Shown here one piece after another: positions 48,001 to 61,022 of a DNA stretch of 64,000 nt. A model generated the notes under the pieces. It was not told the DNA's origin. It searched no databases and worked only from the letters and a program-made list of their open reading frames with translations. Source of the stretch: Scyliorhinus canicula (lineage: Eukaryota). Each line of letters starts with the position of its first letter. The first letter of the stretch is position 1. The stretch covers positions 126,133,031-126,197,030 of the forward strand of contig NC_052155.1 in the NCBI RefSeq assembly GCF_902713615.1, read 5' to 3'. The position numbers were made by a program, and so were the translations under genes.

Positions 48001-50946
48001 CACACATGTAACCAGTTTCTTCTAAAGTTCAGCATCTTGGGTGTAAAACATATTAAGTTAAGTTGGATTTATAATTCAGAATTCACCGATATACACCGCA
48101 ACAGAAGGTCAATATCAATAACAGCCCTCGAGGAATTTCAAATAAAAAAATCAATAACTAATTCAGATGTATTGTTTAAGCTGAATAATACTTCAGAAAA
48201 TTAACTGGGTGCTATCCTGTATAGTGTGGAAAATTTTAAACCGTTAGACTGGACTTTGTACGTGCTATGGAATTTTAATACTAATGTATTCTCATCAATT
48301 TTACTACAAAAAACTGTCATCCATTATAAGAATACCTTTATTTGTAATACAAAACATTTTGTAGAGTGTCCTCCAAAGGAATGTGATCGGCTGTGTCTAG
48401 AATACCTAGATTTGGTAGCCTCTTGGCATTTATCAAAATTTGGGACAGATGTTAAAGTAGTGGTTCTTTAGATTGAATTTCAAATCAGTAAATGTAAGAG
48501 AACATGCAACAGTGTGTGCTGCAAAATTAAGAAAATAGATTTGAGGTTTATTGTAATTCAAATTGAAAGGGGTTGAAAATTTTGCTAGTCAAAATTTAAG
48601 ATGCTTGGTTGGTTGTGGGGGTGGGAGTCAACACTCTGAACTGACAGGAAATAGTTTGAAATCTATAAATCCATATGCTAAATTATACTGTTAATTTCTG
48701 GAGGTATTTAATTCCATATATTTTTGCATATTCAGGTGCATTAACGTACTTTCAATTCTAATCATGCATACATTGATCATCATAGAGCTATTGGTGTTTG
48801 ACTTATCTACAGGTTTTAGGTACATGCCTGTGCCAAACAGCACCTCTACATAACCTGACTAAAATCAGGAGCTCAATGTAGAATTATAGTTAGTAGTCCA
48901 AATCCCACCTAGCAATGCTGTAATGCATCATGCACCAATACATTTGCACCACTGGGCTGTTCAGTGATGAATTTTAATCACAAACTAACTTACCTGTGTA
49001 GTCAGTTCCCTGTGGTTCTATGACTTTTAAGGAAGAAACTTTTTTTAAACATTTAGGAATATGCTTATGAAATTTAGTTGGGATGGATAATTCAGGACCA
49101 CACTTTTGACTTGTTTTGTATGTGGTTTCCTAATGCTGTCTGTACATTTTGGTTCCAAACTAACTGAATTCTATCCTTTGACAATGCATTGTTGGGATAA
49201 TCACGTTGTGGGCGTTGATTTTTTAGATTCATGCAGCTTGGTTATTACTTATCTGCTGAAATGGAAAATTCCATCTTTGGATCCCCACAGTAGGCTTCTA
49301 GGCTTCATCCATATGGAATGGAGTAATTGTGAATCAAAATGGCAACTGGTAGGATAAGTTATGCATATTGAAGAAAGTGATTAGGAAAAAATTCTGAAAC
49401 AGAATTGGAAGCTATTGACAATTAAATAAGCTGGCATTTATATATAAAATTGCTAAATTGTTTCTATTTTTAAGTCTCTGGCGTTGCAAACTTTCTTAGT
49501 TTCACTCTCGCAGACCATGACATAGAGCTCACATTGAGAACATTGGTAGTATTATTTTCTTGAATTTATTTTGAAATCAAAAGCTTTTTCCAACTGAAAT
49601 GCTTAGCATTAGATTGCAAAGCTTATCAATGTTGTGATTTGTGAAATGCAAGATGAAGCTTTGTCCACTTAAAGCCTGGATACATCTTCTTGTCTTACTA
49701 ATGTTTAAGCTTTTATATTTTGGTATCTGCTAATTTAGAAACTTGCATGTTACTGATTTTTCTTAAGTTTTAAATTAATTAAATTTTTCGATAGTACTTT
49801 AATGTAACCTCTTAATTGTTTTACAGTAGCACAATAAAATGGTTGAATATCTTATTAATTGCAATGTAAAATAGTTGCAAATTTAATTGGTAGTTACAAG
49901 AAAATTTGTACAATAACATTTCTTGTCATATTTCATTTCATAATTAAAATTAATGATTTCAGATACCCGTTCTAAACTCTTGGCTCTGCTTGGTAACCTG
50001 AAGTCAAGGAAACCTCAACTTTTTAATAGTCTGTGATCGCCATAAATGCCTCTTATTAGCTGATTACTATTGTTGAAAGATTGGCAGCATTTCAGCTATT
50101 ATCCATGGTATTTGGATGTGTTCTTTCGAATGCTGGAGTGGGAAAATAGCCCATCATCCATAGCTCTGTTGAGCCTAAAAGTATGTCTGCAGTCACGGCA
50201 AGGAGGAAAAGGACAAGGAGAGAGCAAAGAAGGAAATCCCAGTGTTTACTGTGTCTCTTTTACTTACAATAGGATTCTGTCACATGATTGGTGAAAATTG
50301 AGATAAATTACATTTTGTAAACTATAAGCTTTGTATTAATTTTGAGTTTGCTTTGCTTTTTGTGTGGATGATTCATCAACAGTGAAACTGGCTGTGGAAC
50401 AAGATTAGCTGCCTTGTATCTATCTTATTTATTTAGTACTTTGCTTTAATAGCCAGTGACATAGTACTTTTTCTGTTGGGTGCTTATTTTCCGACAGTAA
50501 GTCTCTTGCACTAATGACAACTTACATTACTTTACTCTTATGATAGAATAAGCCTGTGTGTAAAGTTGGTAAGTCATTTTTAGCTTACTGGCTATTCGTT
50601 ATAATGTAGTAGGTAGAGTTGCTTATAATTATATAATGAGGTTTTTGTAATGTTTTCATATTTTGTCATTAAAATGCTGGTTACTAATGGATAAGTGGAC
50701 ATTTCCGTTTACCCCCTACCTATTGAGATGAATGTTTTTGTTGCCTTTGTCTTTTGTTTTAAATGGAAAATTATCCCCTTTTAACTCTTAGTATGCCTTA
50801 GTTTCTGAGGCAAAGTCTGAGAACTTGCTCATTAAAGGGGCTGACCAAATTGTCTGCACTCATCTTTTGTTATGCTGTATATTGTCTGAATGCAACATTA
50901 TTGTGCTTTGTCATTGAAAGTTACTCAACCACGTCAAAGCTTTAGA

Positions 50947-50952
50947 AATAAA
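50947..50952 (+). terminator. candidate distal polyadenylation signal AATAAA
   Basis: AATAAA followed by T-rich sequence near the end of the TE-poor block. Confidence 0.4.
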
Positions 50953-52624
50953 GACTCATTTATATTTCTTGGTTAACTTGCCTGAAATGATTTAAAGTTT
51001 AAGAAGAAAGTGAACCTTTCAAAACTAAACACAGACGTGACCAGCGCTGCTCCATCATCACTGGTGCAGAAACTAAGTAGTCTTGATGTTCCGCTAAACC
51101 CACAGGAAGAATGTGGGTTTTAAAATATGCCATTGAGGATTGGTGATGCCCCTCTTTGTATGGGATGTACTTGGGTATAATATGGATAAAGGTTGTTTGA
51201 ATCAAAACAGGATTTAAAAAAAAAAAATTATGTAGTGCACCATGCTTGAATTTTATATGATTTCAATTATTCCCCTGTGCGATTCCTTGTATTTAAGAAC
51301 ATTGCTTTAAATTACTTTCTTATACATCAAGCAAACGTGCATGTCCTTGTTTTAATTATGCCTCCCATCATAATATATTATGTTAGGAGATTAGAGCATG
51401 TCCAAAAAAGGAAACCACTACATATTAATATAAAGTTGTGACATTTTACATATCTGTGGCCTTTTGATTACTTACTATAGTCTGAATTTTCTGAGAGATC
51501 CACTTTACACCTTATCTTTTGTTCACCCTCTGCATATCAGTTTGTTAACATAATGCTAAATTATTTGCATGTTAAGTGGATTAACTGGATACTTCGATGT
51601 AGTTATGGCAAAGTATGATTTTGCTTTTGAAGTACTTAATTTGGAACAAAGTTTTAAATTCATGAAATTCGGAACGTAGTTTGTTATAGGTTAGTGTGAA
51701 TTTGATTACTATTGTTTGCAATAAGACCACATTATTGGGATGTAATCTATTTACTTTAACAGCTGTGAAGGTCCCACACAATTAATTTGACCAGTCAGCT
51801 CATTTCTTCTGGCACAGTTCCACAGCACAACAGTTTCTGCAGTCAGAACCAGTTACAAGGTCATATTGACGAGTAATGTGGGAAAACTTAGACTGATGGA
51901 ATAGTATATAATTTTTCATTGTGTTAAAAGACCATGGGCGTAATTACCAAAACCCCGCCAGTGGATTCAATGGTGCAGGGGTGGGGGATTTGGCAGGAGG
52001 CCCCAAAATCGGTTTCACAGCGGGATCTTCCGCTTGTGCCCACCATGGTGGATTGGGAAATCTGCTGGCAGCTGGCATGAAATCTATTTGCATCCGACTA
52101 ATGAATGCAGGTAAAGGTCAAATCACCTGTGCCAATTCCCGCAGTGCCACTAGGAAAACATGGCAGTGCCAAAGTCCCTGTGGATGTTGGGACTCATTGG
52201 ACCAATGCTTGTGGCTGCCTCTGGAATTCAAAGTGGAGGCGAACGGCAACCCTGGATCCAGGAGCAGCACAGCAGTGGATGGGGGAGGAGCATCTGCAGG
52301 TGGACATTCCAGATTTTTTGTCCTGGAGGGGTCCATCTTCCAGCGTCAGAATATTCTTAGAGGTCCATCTTCTTTCTCAGGTCTCTCTTTTTCAATAGTG
52401 GGTTAGTAATGTTGTGCCTGAGTAGGAGGCAGACTACATCCCAACAGGCCCAAGCTGCCAGGGAGGATGGTAGAAAATATCCATTTGCATAATTAATGAG
52501 GTCAAGGCTGGAAGATTTGGCGTATTTTCCTTGGAAAATAGAAAATCTCCAGATTCTCAACCTGTCCACAGACCTTAGTCCTCAGATGGGAGAATTCCCC
52601 TCTCTCCCTCAACTGGCAGTATTT

Positions 52625-52910
52625 GGGGCAGCACGGTAGCACTGTGGTTAACACTGTTTGGTTTGATTCCCGGCTTGGGTCACTGCGGATTCTGCACGTT
52701 CTCCCCGTTTCTGTGTGGGTTTCGTCCAGGTGCTCCGGTTTCCTTCCACAAGTCCCGAAAGATGTGCTTGTAAGGTGAATTGGACATTCTGAATTCTCCC
52801 TCGTGTACCCGACCAGGCAACATAGTGTGGCGACTAGGAGATTTTCACAGTAACTTCATTGCAGTGTTAATAATGTACGCCTACTTGTGATACTAATAAA
52901 GATTATTATA
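52625..52910 (+). mobile_element. HE1-like head and core with L2-type tail
   Basis: GGGGCAGCACGGTAGCAC head, V-core, tail GTGGCGACTAGGAGATTTTCACAGTAACTTCATTGCAGTG..AATAAAGATTATTAT. Confidence 0.8.
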
Positions 52911-53329
52911 ATGTTGATATTATGATACCTTTGGGGGAACCAGAAGCAAATTTAAGGAATGACTTCCAAATCAAGAAATCACCAAGATTTCACTTTTGTA
53001 ACTTTTACATAATATGAATCTGAACCAAAATATATTAACATGAATTAACAGGAAAGCTATACTTCTAGTAAAAAGGTAAATTTCATATATAATTATTGAT
53101 GCTATGAAGATGCATCTTTTGCAACCACAAGCACCTGCATCACTTCCCATGGAGACGTGGCACTATATAGTTACATAGTTGTAAATACGCCTTTCATTAT
53201 TCACGGAGGATAGGTGATGATTCCTACCCGGCAGCTTTCACTTCAGAGATTCATGGGTGCAATTATCATCAGCAAGCACACTTTTATGAACCCAGGTCAT
53301 GACAAATCAAAAGATCATCAGAAAGAGAA

Positions 53330-53950
53330 GCAGGAGGCATTGAATTGGCTCACTAAGCCTGTTCCACCATTTAATAGGATCATGGCTGATCTTATTGTAG
53401 CCTTAACAACTGTCTGTCTAACTCGGCCTTGAATATATTCAATGACCCAGCTCCCACTGCTCTCTGGGAATGAGACGTACAACATTCTGAGAGATGAAAT
53501 TACACCTAGCTTTAAATGGGAGGCCCTCTGGGCAGGAGTCACAACAAGATCACCCCTCAGTCTTCTAAACTCCATTGTGTATTGGCCAAAATTGCTCAAC
53601 CTTTTCTCATATGCTGACCACTTGATACTCTGAATCAACCTACTGAACCAAACACTTGCATTAAAGAATGGAAATGGCCTGGCCTCATCACAGTGCTATC
53701 ACCCAGTTTACAGCCACGCTCAATTTGGGACTGACCCATCAAATTCATCCACTGATCCCATGACCCACAGTGGACCTCTGAACTGCCTCCAATGCAAACT
53801 TCTCCTTTCTTAAGGAGACCAAAACTACACGCACTACTCCAGGTGTAACCTCACCAATACAGTTGTAATAAGACTTCCCTACTTTAAAACCTCCATCTCC
53901 CTTGCAATAGAGACAGTCATGATGGTGTATGTAGCTTTCCAGAGTTCCTT
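53330..53950 (-). mobile_element. CR1 LINE 3' fragment
   Basis: YEKRLSNFGQYTMEFRRLRGDL motif and CR1 tail. Confidence 0.65.
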
Positions 53951-54049
53951 AATAACCAGCCAACCAGTTGCATGTGGTTCATAATTTGGTCACTAATGGT
54001 AAGTCATCAGCTTGTTAGCATCTCTGAGATATTCAGTCTTCCAGGTTTT

Positions 54050-54955
54050 ACACTTTCTTATCGACAGCCGCAGGAGAGGTGCCTGAAGATTGGAGGGTAG
54101 CAAATGTACCAATGTTTAAGAAGGGCTGTAGGGATAAGCTCAGGAACTACCGACTGGTGTGTCTTCCTTCTGTAGTGTGTAAATTGTTAGAAGGTATTCT
54201 GAGGGACAGGATCTACAGGCATTTAGACAGGCAAAGGCTAATTAGGGAAAGTCAGCATGGCTTTGTACCCTCCAATCTTCAGGCACCTCTCCGGTTAGCT
54301 TAGTAATAGAAACTGGGCGACATGGATAAGCTGGGCTAGGGCGGCACGGTGGTACAGTGCTTAGCATTTACATAGAATTTACAGTGCAGAAGGAGGCCAC
54401 TCGGCCCATCGAGTCTGCACCGGCTCTTGGAAAGAGCAACCTACCCGAGGTCAACACCTCCACCCTATCCCCATAACCCAGTAACCCTACCCAACACTAA
54501 GGGCAATTTACATGGCCAATCCACCTAACCTGCACATCTTTGGACTGTGGGAGGAAACCGGAGCACCCGGAGGAAACCCACGCACACACGGGGAGGACGT
54601 GCAGACTCCGCACAGACAGTGACCCAAGCCGGAATCAAACCTGGGACCCTGGAGCTGTGAAGCAATTGTGCTATCCACAATGCTACCGTGCTGCCCCTTG
54701 TTGCCTACGGCGCTGAGGACCCGGGATCGAATCCCGGCCCTGGGTCACTGTCTGTGTGGAGTTTGCACATTCTCCCCGTGTTTGCGTGGGTTTCGCCCCC
54801 ACAACCCAAAGATTTGCAGGATAGGTAGATTGGCCATGCTAAATTGTCCCATAATTGGAAAAAATGTATTGGGTACTCTTTTTTAAAAAAAAAAAAAAAT
54901 TTTTTAAATGGATAAGCTGGGCTGATGGGCCTGTTTCCATGCTGTAAACATCTAT
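54050..54955 (+). mobile_element. deleted CR1 fragment holding two nested SINEs (54338-54907; inner copy on minus strand ~54370-54696)
   Basis: PEDWRVANVPMFKKGCRDKLRNYRLVCL..SQHGF; atggataagctgggct repeated on both sides of the SINE block as TSD. Confidence 0.7.
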
Positions 54956-55635
54956 GGCTCTAATGCCTCCAAGAGCTCCTGATTTTGTTTTGATACTGCC
55001 TCCATGTCGAAGGTATTATTCAAGCAACTTACAATTTATTCCTTTATAAATATATATATATATATATATAGAAGAGAAAAAAACTGGTAGGATATTGTAC
55101 ACTAGCTCAAAAATAGCAACTCTGTACCTTTGGCAATATTATGTTTAACAAATAAGTAGGCAAATAAGTAAATTGGGGGGGCGTGGGGGAGGACATTTGG
55201 GTGCTGGAGAAGCAATTACAGTAGTTATGTCCAATACAGAGAAGGCCATACGAGAATGGATCTGGTGTTGTTACTTGCTTCTGGATGGTTTTCGCTGCCG
55301 TTGTCGTTGCGCGTTCACTTCCGCTTCGGCCGTTCGTCCCGTCTTTCGCCCATATTTTCCTTGCTGTTGTAAACTGTATTTACTGGGTTTGTTGTTGTTT
55401 CCCGTGCTCTCCTTCCAGCTATCATTCCCTCCCCTCTCTGATTCCCCTCTATTGTTCCCTGTCTCTTCCCTCTTCTCTCCCCCTCTTCTCTTGTGGTTCC
55501 CCTTTCTTTTAGGTCTAGCTGTCTTCCCCCAGTCTGCAGCTTTGGGTGGTGCTACTGACCGCCAGCCGAACAGGATTCTATGGCAGGTGATCAGGGAGGC
55601 AAAGGCAAGGGCGTCTGCCCTCCTCCCCAGAAATA

Positions 55636-55848
55636 GATTTTTTTAAATTTAGAGTATCCAATTAAGGGGCAATTTAGCGCAGCCAATTCACCTAGCCTAC
55701 ACATCTTTTGTGTTGTGGGGGCGAAACCCATGCAAACACGGGGAGAATGTGTAAACTCCACATGGACAGTGACCCAGAGCCGGGATCGAACCTGGGACCT
55801 CAGCGCCGTGAGGCCACAGTGCTAACCCACTGCGCCACTGTGCTGCCC
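55636..55848 (-). mobile_element. HE1/V-type SINE inside an L1 3' fragment
   Basis: TSD cccagaaata on both sides. Confidence 0.75.
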
Positions 55849-56112
55849 TCCCAGAAATAATCTGACTGGTCTGATACCTCAAAAACAACTACTTTCGGGC
55901 ATGGCTCCACCCTCATTCCCACCACTTTGACATTGCCTTATCCCTTTATAATTGATGCAAACTCTTAAAAGTTCTTTTCAAACATTCTTTAAAAAAATTA
56001 TCGATTCCAGACATTATAAATTACTAATTTTTCTGACTACTGCTTCCAGGTCAAAGGTTGCCACAGTATCAAAAGCTCAATGATTGCCCATCACCCTACC
56101 TTATTCAAGTAC

Positions 56113-59100
56113 TGTGGTGATATAACCACTGTAGTGATGTGTACTTGCAGTAGGGGGATGTATGCCTGTACCTGTAATACAGGTTCCTCCGCTAAGCCCC
56201 TGCCGGCTAGCTCCGCCCACAGGGAGCTTGTGTATAAATATACATGTGAGTCACTCAGACCCTAGTCTACAGTTGCAGATGGAGGAATAGCATCGCACAG
56301 CAATAAAGCCTCTATTGTACCTGTCTCTCGTCTTTGAGTATAATTGTTAGCGCCACAGTTTATTGCTGTGTGATTTTCCGTTCACCATGGACATCAGAAT
56401 CAAGCCTGACCATCTGCAGCTGGATCCGCAGTCACCTCATGCCAGAAAAGACTTTGTTCACTGGCTGGCAGTCTTCGAGGCCTACATCTCTTCAGCGGAC
56501 CCTCCCCCGACGGAGGCTCAGAAAAAGCAACTCCTGTACTCCAGACTTAGCTCCAGTGTCTTTCCGCTAATTCGAGATGCAGCTGACTGCACCACAGCTA
56601 TGGAACTGCTCAAGGAAAACTATGCACAGTCGGCGAACACCCTGTTTGCGAGGCATCAACTCTCTACTCGCGTCCAGCAGCCGGGTGAGTCGATTGAGGA
56701 CTTCTGGAGGGCCCTTATACCTCTGGTACGAGACTGGGACTGCCGGGCCCTCACAGCCACGGAACACTCTGACTTACTCATGCGCGATGCCTTTGTTACA
56801 GGCATTGCATCGGACCCCATCCGGCAACGACTGCTGGAAGGGGCCGCCCCCGACCTCGCGGCCGCAAAGGCTCTGCCGCTTTCCATGACGGCCGCCTCCC
56901 GTTGTGCGCTATCTTACTCCACTAGCCACTCGGCCCACCCATCCTACCCCGCAAACGGCCCCCAAGGCCCACCCGTCCTACCCCTCGTGGATCCCGCAAA
57001 TGGCCCCCCCAGCAGCCGCCCCCACGCACTACGCCTGCGCTGCTCGCCGCATCGCACTCCCTGGGGGTCCCCACTGTTGCTTCTGCGGTCAGCAGAAGCA
57101 CCCCCGCCAGCACTGCCCGGCCCGCACCACGACCTGCAAAGCTTGTGGCAAGAAAGGCCACTTTGCAGCGGTGAGTCAGTCCCGGACGGTTGCCGCTATC
57201 GCGCCCCTGGTCCCCTTGCCTCAGCCGCTCGTGCAATGGGCCCCGCCATCCACTTCCCCTGACCCCACGTGCGATCAGTGGGCGCTGCCACCTCTCGCAG
57301 CCCCTTCCACGTGCGCTTCATGGGCGCCACCATCTTCATCCACCACTGCCATGTGTGTTCCATGGGCGCTGCCATTTTGTCCCGACCCCACAACGTGCGC
57401 TCCATGGGTGCCGCCATTTTATCCACAGGTAAACCAGACGACGCCATTTTGTCCTCCCCCCGGGACGGGGCCACGGGACATGGGTCGCACCGCTCCTTGT
57501 CGGACTCCTCTGACTCGACCGCCGATCACCCGCTACTCGCCTCCGTTACGCTTGACCAGTTGCGTCCTCGCAACCTGGCACCCTCTTCCACATCGGTGCT
57601 GGTCAACGGCCCCGTGACCTCCTGCCCCATCGACTCCGGGAGCACCGAGGGCTTCGTCCACCCGGACACGGTAAGGCGCTATTCCCTTGCGGTCCATCCC
57701 ACCAACCGGCAGATCTCTCTCGCCTCCGGATCCCACTCTGTCCTGATCCGGGGTTCCTGCCTGGTTAAACTTACTGTACAGGGCATGGAATTCGACCGTT
57801 TCCATCTGTACATTCTCCTCAACCTCTGCGCATCACTCTTACTAGGCCTGGATTTCCAGTGCAATCTCCAGAGCCTCACCCTCAAATTCGGCGGACCTCT
57901 ATCTCCCCTCACCGTTTGTGGCCTCACGACCCTCAAGGTCGAGCCTCCCTCACTCTTTGCCAGTCTGACCGCAGACTGCAAGCCCGTCGCCACCAGGAGC
58001 AGACGGTACAGCACCCAGGACAAGGCCTTCATCAGGTCCGAAGTCCAGCGGCTGCTTCGGGAGGGTATCATCGAGGCCAGCAACAGCCCTTGGAGAGCCC
58101 AGGTGGTAGTGGTTAAGACCGGGGAGGAACACAGGATGGTCGTGGACTACAGCCAGACCATCAACCGGTACACGCAGCCCGACGCGTACCCCCTCCCCCG
58201 CATTTCTGATATGGTCAATCAGATTACACAGTACCGGGTCTTCTCTACTATTGACCTGAAATCCGCCTACCACCAGCTCCCTATCCGTAAATCGGACCGT
58301 CCCTACACTACCTTCGAGGCAGACGGTCATCTGTACCAATTTCTTAGGGTTCCCTTCGGCGTCACGAATGGAGTCTCGGTATTTCAACGAGAAATGGACC
58401 GAATGGTTGACCGGTACGGACTGCAGGCCACCTTCCTGTACCTTGACAATGTCACCATCTGCGGCCATGACCAGCAGGACCATGATGCCAACCTTTCTAA
58501 ATTCCTCCACACTGCATCTCTCCTTAATCTCACGTACAACAAGGAGAAGTGCATGTTCCGCACAGACCGCTTAGCCATCCTCGGCTACGTAGTCCAAAAC
58601 GGACTACTGGGGCCCGACCCCGACCGCATGCGCCCCCTCATGGTGCTCCCCCTCCCCCCCTGCCCCAAGGCCCTCAAACGCTGCCTTGGGTTCTTTTCTT
58701 ATTACGCCCAGTGGGTCCCACAATACGCGGACAAGGCCCGCCCACACATTTTCCCCTCTCGGCCGAGGCACAACAGGCCTTCGCCCGCATTCGATCTGAC
58801 ATAGCCAGGGCCGGGATGCACGCAGTAGACAAGACACTGCCTTTCCAAGTAGAAAGCGACGCTTCGGATGTCGCACTTGCCGCCACGCTGAATCAGACAG
58901 GCAGACCCGTGGCATTGTTTTCATGCACCGTCCACGCCTCCGAAATTCGGCATTCCTCTGTTGAAAAGGAGGCCCAGGCAATCGTTGAAGCGGTGCAGCA
59001 CTGGAGGCATTACCTGGCTGGCAGGAGATTCACTCTCCTCATTGACCAACGGTTGGTAGCCTTCATGTTCGATAACACACAGCGGGGCAAGATCAAGAAT

Positions 59101-60723
59101 GACAAAATCTTGCGGTGGAGAATCGAGCTCTCCACCTTTAACTATGAAATCTTGTATCGCCCCGGCAAGCTCAATGAGCCCCAGACGCCCTATCCCGAGG
59201 TACATGTGCCAGCGCACAAGTGAACCAGCTCCGTGCCTTGCACAAGAGCCTTTGCCATCCGGGGGTCACTCGCTTGTACTATCTAATCAAAGCCTGCAAT
59301 CTGCCCTACTCCGTCGAGGAAGTACGGACAGTCACCAGAGACTGCCAGGTCTGTGCTGAGTGCAAGCCGCACTTCTACCGGCCAGATCGCGCGTGCCTGG
59401 TGAAAGCGTCCCGCCCCTTTGAAAGCCTCAACGTGGACTTCAAAGGGCCCCTCCCCTCCACCGACCGCAACACCTACATCCTTAGTATGGTCGATGAATT
59501 TTCTAGGTTTCCCTTCGCCATCCCATGCCTGGATATGACGTCTGCCACCGTCATCAAGGCCCTCGACTCCATATTCGCTCTGTTCGGTTTCCCCGACTAT
59601 ATCCACAGTGACAGGGGATCCTCATTCATGAGCGATGAGCTGCGTCAGTTCCTGCTCAGCAGAGGTATCGCCTCCAGCAGGACGACCAGCTACAACCCCC
59701 GGGGAAACGGGCAGGTAGAGAGGGAGAACGGGACGGTATGGAGGGCCGTCCAGCTGGCCCTACGGTCCAGGAACCTCCCAGCCGCTCGCTGGCAGCAGGT
59801 CCTCCCTGATGCGCTCCATTCCATTCGGTCGCTACTGTGCACCGCAACTAACAGTACACCCCATGAACCGTGTTTTTGCCTTCCCTTGGAAGTCTACATC
59901 CGGGGTGTCGCTCCCGATGTGGCTCACGACTCCGGGCCCAGTCCTTCTCCGTAGGCATGTCCGGCACCACAAGGTGGAACCCCTGGTGGACAAAGTATGC
60001 CTTCTCCACGCCAACCCTCCGTATGCCTACGTGGAGTTCCCTGACGGCCGCCAGGACACAGCCTCGCTCCGGGACCTGGCTCCCTCAGGTGCCGATCCCA
60101 TGCCCACGCCCCTTTTCCCCCCGCGCCACCCTCCTTTTCCCCGGCGCCCCCCTATTCGTCCCCACCAGGTCCATCCCTCGTCCCCCTGCCCACACTGGAG
60201 GACACGGAATATTTTGGCTCGCTCTCGGAGTCATCGCGCCAACAGCCACCACCGGCAGCACCTGCACCATTGTTGCCATCACCGCCTGTGCCGACGTCGC
60301 CACCACAGCTATGCCAATCACAGCGGAACGTTCGACCGCCGATTCGGCTCAACCTGAAACCTGCTAACCGGATGGACTCTTGGTTTTCTTTGTTTGGACC
60401 CTCTTGTAAATAGCTCATCCTTTGTATTATAGTTACACGTCGCCCCCTTCGGACTCTTTTTTTTTACAGGGGGTGAAGGTGATGATATAACCACTGTAGT
60501 GATGTGTACTTGCAGTAGGGGGAATGTATGCCTGTAGCTGTAATACAGGTTCCTCCGGTAAGCCCTTGCCGGCTAGCTCCGCCCACAGGGAGCCTATGTA
60601 TAAATATGCATGTGAGTAACACAGACCCTAGTCTACAGTTGCAGATGGAAGAATGGCATCTCACAGCAATAAAGCCTCTATTGTACTTGTCTCTCGTCTT
60701 TGAGTATAATTGTTAGCGCCACA
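56113..60723 (+). mobile_element. full-length Gypsy/Ty3 LTR retrotransposon (Mag-like), frameshifted
   Basis: LTRs 56113-56357 and 60478-60723 (14 substitutions plus 1 indel by my count); TSD agtac/tgtac; gag from ATG 56387 with two CCHC-type knuckles; protease IDSGS; RT YPLPRI..DLKSAYHQ..PFGVTNG..YLDN; RNase H ESDAS..EKEA; integrase HHCC, VDFKGP, SDRG, GQVER; PPT at 60468-60477. Confidence 0.96.
56387..60357 (+). pseudogene. gag-pol polyprotein of the Gypsy element, broken by about 5 frameshifts
   Basis: ORF-track segments 56363-57262, 56904-57617, 57269-58804, 58549-59223, 59220-59954 and 59809-60357 tile gag-PR-RT-RH-IN. Confidence 0.9.
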
Positions 60724-61022
60724 TGTACTTCGGCTTCTCATCACCTCAAATTCCTTCCTTATGTTTAAATTCATCAATGACTTACTCATCTGTGACCTTT
60801 TGACTTCCAACCGCTTCCTCCAACTTATTCTCCCTTTGTCTTGGCATGAGAAATTATGCCTTCAGATGCCTGGTTTGCACTCTCTTGAATTTTGACTGAG
60901 TATTCTTTTATTCCCAGCACCACTATGATGTATTCTGGAGTGTTGTCTACATTAAAGTTCTCGCATGAATCAGAAGTTGTTGAATTGACTCGAGGTGAGG
61001 TAAATTCCTGGAATAGGCAGTT

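Larger units (their letters stand above)
47296..50975 (+). other. mib1: putative long mib1 3' UTR
   Basis: AT-rich, nearly TE-free stretch after the stop; AATAAA at 47358, 48141, 49833 and 50947. The true end cannot be fixed from sequence alone. Confidence 0.55.

Noticed and set aside
55173-55646. 157-aa hydrophobic ORF
   Set aside because: Antisense reading of a purine-rich L1 3' fragment.
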